Position numbers and translations under genes: made by a program
Assembly (NCBI GenBank): GCA_002811645.1
Contig: PDIP01000051.1
Coordinates: 10,393-74,392, forward strand
Reading direction: 5' to 3'
Origin: Corallochytrium limacisporum Hawaii
Taxonomy: Eukaryota > Protista > Pluriformea
Length of the DNA stretch: 64,000 nucleotides
The notes under the pieces: generated by a model
Database searches by the model: none
The model's input: the letters and a program-made list of their open reading frames with translations, nothing else
What the model was told of the DNA's origin: nothing
Shown here: positions 12,380 through 21,071 of the stretch, piece by piece
Layout of the letters: each line of letters opens with the position of its first letter
Numbering within the stretch: the first letter of the stretch is position 1

Positions 12380-12782
12380 ATCGGTCTTGTCTATCACGTA
12401 TTTTGCTACTTTGATTATATTTGGATATACTTTGAATGTGTAGAAAGCCTTTGACTGACCAAGCTTGCTTGATTCCATACTCTCTACACTAGGGGCCCAG
12501 CCTTCCCTGCATAGGATTCTTACCTATTTTCTCCCTCGCAAGCGGCTGTTGGTTTTTGTCACTCTTCCTCTGCCAGACTCGCTGTCTTGGCTGTTCTGTG
12601 CATTCTTAATACGATGGTGAGGGACAATTGTATGCACAGGTATCTGTTCGAAAGTACAAATTCGTGTGATCCTGGGGATGAAACAGAGTACTGATAAAGA
12701 GAGCGAACTTTCTGTACTTGATCACCTGTCGGTGATTGACAGGTTTACAGTGTTGTCCTATCTGAGCCAGAGCGAACTAACA

Positions 12783-14141
12783 ATGCTGCGGTACTGGCCA
12801 ACTACGGCCTTGGCTACAACCAGTCGCGGCAGCAGCTGTGGTGCTGCTCGACGTCTGTTCAGTACGTCCACTACAATGACCCCACGAGTGAAACCTCGGG
12901 CTGTGGTGCTTGGGTCCGGCTGGGCAGGCTTTCGTGCATCCGCGGATCTTGACTCAAACAAGTACGACGTCACCCTGATCAGCCCACGGAATCATTTTCT
13001 CTTCACTCCACTGCTCCCCAGCACTTCAACTGGTACGCTCGAGTTCCGTGCCATCGCTGAACCAGTCCGTCAGACTTTACAGAACCCCGGATCCTACCAG
13101 CGAGCCTATGCCGTCGGGATTGACCCGGAACGCAAGATTGTGCGCTGCTCCGGATGGCGTGACGGGGAAGATCGGATAGAGTACGACACTCCGTTTGATA
13201 AATTGGTTATTGCCGTTGGTGCTCGTTCGAACACATTCAATATTCCGGGCGTATCGGAGCATGCGCACTTCTTGAAGGAACTAGCCCATGCACGAGCCAT
13301 CCGCCGCCACTTAATCGAAAACTTCGAATCGGCGGCTTTGCCGTGCACAACCGAGAAAGACAAAAAGCGCCTGTTGCACTTTGTTGTTGTTGGCGCGGGT
13401 CCGACGGGAATTGAATTTGCTGCCGAATTGAACGATTTTGTGAAGCAGGACCTGGATCGTGTGTTTCCGAACCTCAAGCAGTACCTCAAGATTACTGTGG
13501 TGGAGGCGGGAAAGCAAGTGCTTGCGCAATTCAGTGATGGTCTCGTGAACTACACGTTGAAGCATTTCCAGCGACAGGATATTGAGGTGCGCCTTGGGAC
13601 CGCGGTCACTGAAGTGAGGAAGGATCAGATCTTGCTCAACACCGGTGAGGTCCTCAACTACGGTCTGTGCGTGTGGAGTACAGGGTTGGAACCCAGGCCG
13701 GTCATTGGCCGTCTGGACTGGGAGAAGGATCGAGTGGGCCGGCTGGTCACGGACAACAAGTGTCGCGTTTTGGAGCACCCGGACGTGTACGCGATCGGAG
13801 ACTGTGCGGTGATTCAAGGTTATGATCTGCCCCCTACTGCACAGGTGGCAGAGGCAAAAGCGATCTATGTCGCGAAGAGCCTGAACAAACTGGTCGACGG
13901 CCAACCCCAGAACCAGATTCAGGCATTTGAGCACTCGAACCGGGGTATGATGGCCTATATCGGGGACTACCGAGGTTTAGCAGACCTTGGTGATACGGGG
14001 GTGAAGGCGAGTGGTCCGGCGGCGTGGTTCCTGTGGCGGGCTGCGTACTTCACTAAGCAAGTCAGCATCAGGAATAAGATCCTGATTCCTTTCCAGTGGT
14101 TTAAGACCTTTGTTTTTGGACGGGACGTGTCTCGCTTCTAG
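12783..14141 (+). CDS. Type II (alternative, rotenone-insensitive) NADH:quinone oxidoreductase, mitochondrial
   Basis: FAD motif VVLGSGWAG, SPRNHFLFTPLLPS, NADH motif VVVGAGPTGIEFAAEL, YAIGDC and PPTAQVA. ATG 12783 (acaATG) begins an Arg/Ser/Thr-rich presequence; an in-frame upstream ATG at 12678 is an alternative start. Confidence 0.93.
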   Translation: MLRYWPTTALATTSRGSSCGAARRLFSTSTTMTPRVKPRAVVLGSGWAGFRASADLDSNKYDVTLISPRNHFLFTPLLPSTSTGTLEFRAIAEPVRQTLQNPGSYQRAYAVGIDPERKIVRCSGWRDGEDRIEYDTPFDKLVIAVGARSNTFNIPGVSEHAHFLKELAHARAIRRHLIENFESAALPCTTEKDKKRLLHFVVVGAGPTGIEFAAELNDFVKQDLDRVFPNLKQYLKITVVEAGKQVLAQFSDGLVNYTLKHFQRQDIEVRLGTAVTEVRKDQILLNTGEVLNYGLCVWSTGLEPRPVIGRLDWEKDRVGRLVTDNKCRVLEHPDVYAIGDCAVIQGYDLPPTAQVAEAKAIYVAKSLNKLVDGQPQNQIQAFEHSNRGMMAYIGDYRGLADLGDTGVKASGPAAWFLWRAAYFTKQVSIRNKILIPFQWFKTFVFGRDVSRF

Positions 14142-14300
14142 AAGATACTTAAGCATGGCCCTTGGCTTTTGTTCTGTCTTCCCTAGTCTTTCCGTTGTCT
14201 CTAGACCTTGGGCGCCTGCCCACAGACCCAAACTCTAAACTCCTGTATAGTAGTAGATTAGGAATAATGTTGGATAAAGTTTAATTTGTGCTTTCCTGAA

Positions 14301-14828
14301 TTAAGGTGTCTTGAGCGTGACCAGCAGCTGACGCATGGCCTCAATGGATGCCCCACAGATCTCATCTTTGAACTCATAAGCCGCCATGCCACCCGCTTCC
14401 TCGCTCCCACTTGATGTTCGTGCCTCTTTCTTCTTCCAAACGTAGAGTGTGGGCACTATGCGGAGATCTTCAGAATTCATAAGCCGCTTGATCTCATCCA
14501 CAGCCACTGTCCGAAATACTATAAAGCGGTCCTTTTCCTTCGTCTGTGCGCTCTCAAATTCTTCGAAAAGTGCTGGAAGGTCATCATATAAGGACTGCGA
14601 CGCTTGACACCAGGTGGCATAAAACAACACTGCGATGTACTGTGGCTGACAAGCAGATGTTTTCAACGGTTTGTTGTTGGGATCTGTGTTTTCTGCATCC
14701 ATGAATTGACTGGCACTAAGCAGCTGACGATAGTCACCTTCATCCTCAAGGCTACGCTTTCTGATGCATGCAGGTACCACATGCTGGACGTTGGTCAGGT
14801 CTCGTTTTGTCGGGAAGGTACTGGGCAT
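14301..14828 (-). CDS. Atypical monothiol thioredoxin-fold protein (WCxxS)
   Basis: VLFYATWCQAS active-site-like segment, F..VAVDE, and cis-Pro motif IVPTLYVW. The resolving Cys position is Ser. Confidence 0.7.
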   Translation of the reverse strand: MPSTFPTKRDLTNVQHVVPACIRKRSLEDEGDYRQLLSASQFMDAENTDPNNKPLKTSACQPQYIAVLFYATWCQASQSLYDDLPALFEEFESAQTKEKDRFIVFRTVAVDEIKRLMNSEDLRIVPTLYVWKKKEARTSSGSEEAGGMAAYEFKDEICGASIEAMRQLLVTLKTP

Positions 14829-14996
14829 GTTGTGATTCTCTCATTAAATTATATATTCTTCCCGAGTGACCTGGGCAACACTGGTACTTAGATCTATTGA
14901 CAAGCCTACACTGTGTTCAAGTACCTCTGCCGGTCTCTCTCATCCGCCTTCAGATTTTAACTGCCGCAAGCCACTTTCGCGCCTTCCTTCCGGTTT

Positions 14997-15016
14997 CCCC
15001 CCCCCGGGGGGGGGGG
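14997..15016. repeat. C9G11 self-complementary homopolymer element
   Basis: About 170 bp upstream of the thioredoxin-like ATG. Confidence 0.8.
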
Positions 15017-15798
15017 TAACTGCTGTGGAGAACCCCGCCTCCAAAATCAGGAGCAAAGAATCAGACCACCGACCGTCAAGCTCATACTCTACTGGGCATT
15101 CCCAACCGCTCGCCTGCACTCGGATTAACCCCCAGGACCCCTCCCCCACAGTCGTGCGCATAGAGAGCCCGACTTCGTGCACTGTGAGAATCACCCAAAT
15201 CGACCACAGTACATACATGGCCCATTGAGCAATCAATCGGTCTCGAGGGCCCAATTTTTACTTTTGATTCCCTCTCCCGGGGCCCGGGGTAGATCCTGGT
15301 GTCCGCGGCAAAGTCTGGCTGTGCTGGTTGCGTGCGTGTGTATGTGCCCAGTCCCGGGGAAAAGGTGGGGGGAGGGAGTGGATCCGTCGTTGGCAACCTT
15401 CAAGAGTTGCGGTGGTCTGAGTACTGAATACACTGCATTCGAACGTGTTGGCGAGCGAGGAAGGGGAAAGGCACGTCCTGTGGAACCGGTGTGTCTCTGT
15501 GACACTGAGTACCGTGGCAGCAAGCGAAACATTAAACGTTGCGGAGTGAAATCCGTACCCAGCGAGACAGAATGGTACATCAGTTGATAATAACGTTTAT
15601 GAGGTATCCTTAGAGAACGACAGGACATTGAGATTTTACTCGGCCTAGCTTTCGCTGCCCATATCTGTAGACATCAGTTTTAGTCCCACTATGGACATCG
15701 GAGACTGAGTAGAACAAAAGTATTCAATTGGATAAAGTCTATGCATAGATTGTAAATGTAGTCAGAAGATGTCTGGACGGATACAGGTAGAGATAACC

Positions 15799-16033
15799 AT
15801 GGCCACAAGCTTCGCCCAAGCACCAGCATTCTTTCCCCCGTTTGAAAACGAGGAGAATCGCAGCCTCAATGCGAAACTTCAGGAACATGCAGGCCTCTTA
15901 CGACGCCAGGAAGCTGAGCTTGAGGATCATGAGGCCCGTGCTTGAGCTCATTTTAAAAGTTGAGGCGCTCAGTGCGGAATTGCAGAGGTCTAAGCATCTG
16001 ATGGACTAGGAAGCCACGGAAACTGCACATTGA
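15799..16033 (+). pseudogene. Disrupted 5' remnant of CCDC39/FAP59 (axonemal ruler)
   Basis: accATGG start gives MATSFAQAPAFFPPFENEENRSLNAKLQEHAGLLRRQEAELEDHEARA* (TGA 15943-45). After a frameshift it continues ELILKVEALSAELQRSKHLMD*EATETAH*. The P-F-x-NEEN-(K/R)-x-L pattern plus coiled coil resembles the CCDC39 N-terminus, recognised from memory. Confidence 0.6.
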
Positions 16034-16198
16034 AGGTAAATAATAAAGAGACGGCTGGAACGTTACAATTGGTGGTGATATAATACTTTTTATGTAATGA
16101 GATGAATTTACAATAAGTTGAGGAGTGTGTCGTTCACACCGTGCAACATCTAAAGAGTCAAACGCAATGATGACAAAAGCTACGATTCTCTAACTCAT

Positions 16199-17794
16199 TC
16201 AAGGTGACTGCATGGCCTCAGGAGCGGTACCAGCAGCACCACCGGCAGATTCCATTCCAGTCGCGGCCGCGTCGGTACCGTTCCACTGGGCATAGGTGCG
16301 CCTGAACTTGTCATCAATGGATGCAAGGTAGTATGTACCCGGGAAGAAATGGTCCACTGACGCCCGCGGGTGGTAGTCCTTGGCATTGTGGATTTCGGCC
16401 CGCTGCTTCATGGTCGCGGCGAAGTCCTCAGGCGGCACAACCTGGCGGCTCTGCATACGCGGGGCCATGTCGGCGATTTGTTCCTTGAGTGCGTGGAGCG
16501 CAGTGTCAGCATCGTCACGAACAACGAAAGAGAACATGGAGGCCGCAGCGCCGCTGCCATAGCTGAAGGCAATCACTCGCTTACTCTTGAGCTGCTCGCT
16601 GTCCACACCCTGCAGAAGGCTGGCCAGGGCACCGTAGACGGAGGCCGTGTACATATTGCCGCACATCTTGCCCATGAGTTCGCTGGGGCCGACCTTCGCC
16701 GCAAATGGTTTCTTGGCATGGGCCATGAAAGCCTTCTCCAGGGCACGGTCAAAGTAGGTCTGCGGCCGTGCCATTTCCTTGTATTGCGCAACTTCGGCTT
16801 CGTTGGCCCGAATGCTCTCGGACGGGTGGCCGCTCACATAGTCAAGGTAATGCAGGCGTCCAAAGGACTTCTGTACCAGCTTGTTGTACGGAGTATGGAA
16901 GACAAAGTAGTCACCGTAATCGAGGAGACCGCCTTCTTGCGTGCCCTTGGTTGCTGCAGTCTGCTCCTTGACTTCCTTGGCCCGTGTGTAACCTTCGTAA
17001 CAATTGTCCAGGGCGCGCAGATAGCATTCCACGCTCAGCTTTCCGTCCACGGTCGGGTACTCAGAGTGCAAGTCAGGCTTGTAGAAATCGTAGGCGTGGT
17101 CCATGTAGGTTCCCCTCAATCCACGCTCCATGACCAGAGGCGCATTCGGACCGATCAGCATTGCAACCGCACCAGCACCTCCCGTGGGGCGTGCGTTGCC
17201 TTCTGCGTAGACCGCAATATCTGCCGCCACAACAAGTGCATACCGTCCATCCCAGTAGCTAGATTCGATCCACTGCACAGCGTTGAACAGCGCACTGGTG
17301 CCGCCGTAGCATGCGTTGGTGGTGTCAATGCCTTCGATCGAGTTGTTGCCAGCCTGGCTGAAAAGGGACATAAGCACAGTCTTGACACTCTTGCTCTTGT
17401 CAATGATGGTCTCCGTGCCGACCTCCAGACGGCCAATGTCTTGCTTGCTCACGCCCGTCTTCTTCAGCAGCTTCTCTACCACAGTCATGCAGATGGAGTT
17501 AATGTCTTCGCGGTCGGAGCAGAAGGCCATGGTGGTCTGGCCCAAGCCAATGGTGTACTTGCCCTCGGCGACTCCGTCAAACTTTTCCAGCGCGGTCTGG
17601 TCGACACAGGTGGCGGGGAAGTAGACATCCATGCCCAGGATGCCGACATTGTCGGGACGGCCTCCGTCAATGTTTGGGTAGTTCACAGTGGTGTTGGCAG
17701 GAGGAATCGACATGATATTGTTGCTGGTGCTGTTCACGGCGGCAGTAGGTGCGTTGGCCTCATTGGCATCCATGGAAATCTGGATGGGACTCAT
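16199..17794 (-). CDS. HMGCS: Hydroxymethylglutaryl-CoA synthase (cytosolic, eukaryotic type)
   Basis: GKYTIGLGQ, IGRLEVGTETIIDKSKSVKT (catalytic Glu), NACYGGT (catalytic Cys), FHTPYNKLVQKS (catalytic His), GNMYTASVYG, FSYGSG. First ATG is at 17794; the ORF track start at 17812 is TTG. Confidence 0.97.
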   Translation of the reverse strand: MSPIQISMDANEANAPTAAVNSTSNNIMSIPPANTTVNYPNIDGGRPDNVGILGMDVYFPATCVDQTALEKFDGVAEGKYTIGLGQTTMAFCSDREDINSICMTVVEKLLKKTGVSKQDIGRLEVGTETIIDKSKSVKTVLMSLFSQAGNNSIEGIDTTNACYGGTSALFNAVQWIESSYWDGRYALVVAADIAVYAEGNARPTGGAGAVAMLIGPNAPLVMERGLRGTYMDHAYDFYKPDLHSEYPTVDGKLSVECYLRALDNCYEGYTRAKEVKEQTAATKGTQEGGLLDYGDYFVFHTPYNKLVQKSFGRLHYLDYVSGHPSESIRANEAEVAQYKEMARPQTYFDRALEKAFMAHAKKPFAAKVGPSELMGKMCGNMYTASVYGALASLLQGVDSEQLKSKRVIAFSYGSGAAASMFSFVVRDDADTALHALKEQIADMAPRMQSRQVVPPEDFAATMKQRAEIHNAKDYHPRASVDHFFPGTYYLASIDDKFRRTYAQWNGTDAAATGMESAGGAAGTAPEAMQSP

Positions 17795-19875
17795 TTCAAA
17801 TATTAAATTCACACAAATTCACTCTTTTCTTTCCCTTGAGTTCCTTGTGGATCGTTCGATAACAAGATTCGAACGATTGCGAGTCACACTGTAGTTTGGT
17901 TGTGTTAGTAGGTTTCAGATCCCCCAATCTGCAACAACACAAAGAAGAAAAGAATCCTTTCGGTGAGGTACTGGCGCAACTCAAGCTGCCCCAGATACCT
18001 CAGCCGAGGAAGGTTTCACAAAGAAAGAAAATCAGACGGTTAGTAACAGTGTTCAAAAGTGTCCACAAGAGTACAATAAAAGTTCCGCGTGATGTGACAC
18101 AGTCCAAGATGAGTCCAATACATGGGTTGCATACCCAAGTGAGCTAGCCCTGCGCCAGTGTGTGCCACGGGGGACAGAGCAGATAGGTCTGGCAGCCAAT
18201 GACCGGTGTGCGCAGTCGGGCCTTGGCGGAATAGAAAGAGCTCTGCTGGGGGGTTGGGACACGTCTGCCGTATCCGCCCCTGTCGTTTGGGTTTCCGATT
18301 CCAGCTGCCTCTCCCGCTCCGCCTCGCCGCCCTTTTCTCACCCCGCAGCCCTCGGGCTAAACGGCTCCGACTCCCCTAGCAAAGATGCGCTACCCAACGC
18401 CAGTCAACCTCCCCACCACACGCGCGGGAGCTGGTGCTTTCGGTGCGAAAATACTCAGCGCCGTGGGGCAGTTGACTAGGCAATTTCCGGAGACGCCCAC
18501 AGCTGAGTATATCAAATTGAGAGGGCGGCGCCTTGCAATGGCGAGTGCACCTTCCTTGGTTGACTGGCTTTTTTCTGGGTAGCAAACAGTGTCAAGCGCA
18601 AAGCAGACACCTCGTCGTTCGACCGTTTCTGATTGGAAGATGCTGATCATGTGCCATGTGTCAGTACATGGTTTACAGGAGTGTGTCACATCAAAAGAAC
18701 ATACAAAATAAAAGAAAACACTTACCGTTGTGGCGGATGATGCTTTTGGATTTGATTCAAAAAGAAAATGTGCCCGTGGATGGGGTTCTCTAGACATTCA
18801 GACTTGTCTAGGTGAAATTGTTAAACTCTAGCTTTTGAAAGCTACGGTCTCTGCCGGGATGTCCTTTGGAGTACCTGATCTGGCCGTGGAGCCTGGTCGT
18901 ATATGCCTGTATTCGAGCTTATCTTTCGATGACGCTGGGCTCCCCACGAAGAGTACAGCACTCGTGATCACCCCAAAGACTCCATTGGTGGGCCACTCTG
19001 CGCCACACAAGGTGCCGCATTCACCAATAGAATTTGAAAGGCCACAATGCTTCCTGCCCCCAGACCCGTGTTCTTCTCCCTTTTGCCGGGGCTTCCGATC
19101 GTTCGACGGTCCCTTGCCGTTCCTAGCATTGCGCATTGCCTAGAATGGGAAGAAAGAGGCAAAGGGGCTTTGGTAATCGCGCCATGCATAAATCATCCAC
19201 GTTTTTTTCTTGCTTTCGATATCAGTTCTTTCTACAGCCACCCCATCCCATGTATGTGGCCAATGCGGGCCCTGCGCGCCACGAACTTGTATTTGGGAGA
19301 TTCAAACAACACAGACACACAGTGTACGAAAAACAAGACACCGTGCAGAGGTACCACAGGTCCCGAAAGAAGGATGAAATGAGAGAGGATCGCACGACAG
19401 CTTGATGGTTGCTTTTGCGTCAACGCAAGTGTCATTCCTGGCTCACACACCGACGCACAACTCTCTCAAGATCCGACGAAAGAAATTGTTTTCCTCGTGT
19501 GGCGTCGGGCCTTCACGGTTCCCTCGTCTCACCGCCTTTCGCCGCCCTACGGCTCGCTGGGACACATCGACCCACCCACCGGCCCAGTGGACGGGCCAGC
19601 CAATCACCGACCGTTTCTCTTGGCCATATAGTAAGTGTACCGTGGAGGAGTGGTCAAAAACGGGGCCTATTTTTAACAACCGCCCTCCCCATTTTCCACT
19701 GTATTCTGATGAACCATGCCCTATGCGCTGTGGGAGGCCCCTGGGGGGGGGGAAGAGGGGAGGCGGAAGTTGTCCAAGGGCGAGCGGAATTGTCCGGACC
19801 TGGGAAAACTACCATATTTCTCTATGAAGCCACCTATCGCTGTCAACCAAAAAAAAAAATAGACACGAAAGTGCC

Positions 19876-19887
19876 AAAAAAAAAAAA
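19876..19887 (-). terminator. RNA polymerase III oligo-T terminator of the tRNA-Leu gene
   Basis: T12 on the minus strand starting 8 nt after the tRNA discriminator base. Confidence 0.8.
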
Positions 19888-19895
19888 GATGGAAC

Positions 19896-19976
19896 TGTGA
19901 CGAGTGGGACTCGAACCCACGCGTGCGAACACAATGGCGCCTAAAGCCACCGCCTTAACCACTCGGCCATCGTCAC
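19896..19976 (-). tRNA. tRNA-Leu (anticodon UAG), intronless, no encoded CCA
   Basis: Minus strand GTGACGA-TG-GCCGAGTGGTTAAGGC-G-GTGGC-TTTAGGC-GCCAT-TGTGTTCGCACGC-GTGGG-TTCGAGT-CCCAC-TCGTCAC-A. It has a 7-bp acceptor stem, A/B boxes, a long variable arm and discriminator A. A TATAAA lies ~20-25 nt upstream (19996-20001). Confidence 0.96.
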
Positions 19977-20074
19977 TTGATTCAGTATCAAAGTCTTTAT
20001 ATTTCAATACTAAATGTACCATCGTGAATGTTGCGAAAAAATAATATATAAACCAATGTTGATTTTGGGTTGGG

Positions 20075-20866
20075 AGGACTGAACCCCTCGTTTGTAAGTG
20101 GCTTTTCGTGACCCGCCCGGGTGCCCAACCGTCGCCATGCTGCTGATATCAAATCTTGCGGCGTTGATGGACCCTGCACCATACTTTTCAAGACAGATTT
20201 GAGCAAAGGGAACAGAATACCTATAGTCTATGCGGTCTCGCCCGCGGATGATGATGGTTGCTCTGTGCAGAAGTTGTCCTCCCCCATAAGGAAGGTTTTG
20301 GGCCTCAATGCACGGGAAGGCTGCGTTCTGGAAAAGTGGAAGTACTACCTAGCTGATAACCCTAACTATCATCAAGCATACTTAGCGCCATGGCCTTGAA
20401 GTAACCCGCTTGTTCCCGCCCAGTCCCGACCTGATTCACCGTCCCATAGTGAATGGACCCCCGCGGAGTTAGCGAGAGGGGGGGGACGCATAGGGCAGCT
20501 TAGCAGTTAAATCTGGGGACCGGTGCGGGACTAGGAAGAGGGCAAGAAGGGAGAAAACTTACGGTACATTCCCTGCGTCCCCGCCGAAGGAGAGCGCGGA
20601 CAAGGTGGCTTTTGGAGGTCGCGCGCTCCGCGACGCGGTTGACAGTTGTGCAGCTGTCCGCCTCCCGTTGGGAAGGGGTTGGGTTGGGTTTGGTAGCAGG
20701 GTGTGCAAGCGAGGACGGTGAGGGAAAAGTGGCAGACAAGCAGTGAATTACCTCCCTGTGTCCACGATCGGCTGATCCAAAAGGAACAGGGGACCAGTTG
20801 AATCGGTCGGGAGATGTCTAAACCAGGTGGGGTTTGACTCGCTGTGAGGAGAACACTGGTGTTTTT
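20075..20866 (+). ncRNA. Candidate structured non-coding RNA (identity unknown; boundaries inferred)
   Basis: Several mutually compatible long helices between 20424 and 20812, TATATAAA at 20045-52, first T5 run at 20862-66, and no credible ORF. See findings. Confidence 0.3.
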
Positions 20867-21071
20867 CTTTGAGGTTAATTTGTCACACGACGCAATGCTG
20901 TGGTTGGGTATTTGTGGTCGCAGGGATCAAGTAATGCCACAGCAGCATGTACTATATAACACGCACAGGACCAGTAAACATGCACTCGACCATGAGGATA
21001 TCAACGACAGGCTGAAGTCAGTCTGAACGAACTTAGATACGAGTAGAGCATAGTGATAACATAGAAAAAGA

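Noticed and set aside
16370-17806. 478-aa ORF antisense to HMGCS (similar shadows at 2732-3529, 13311-13934, 35709-36506, 47806-48840)
   Set aside because: Shadow ORFs expected from codon bias of the real gene on the other strand; no recognisable domain.
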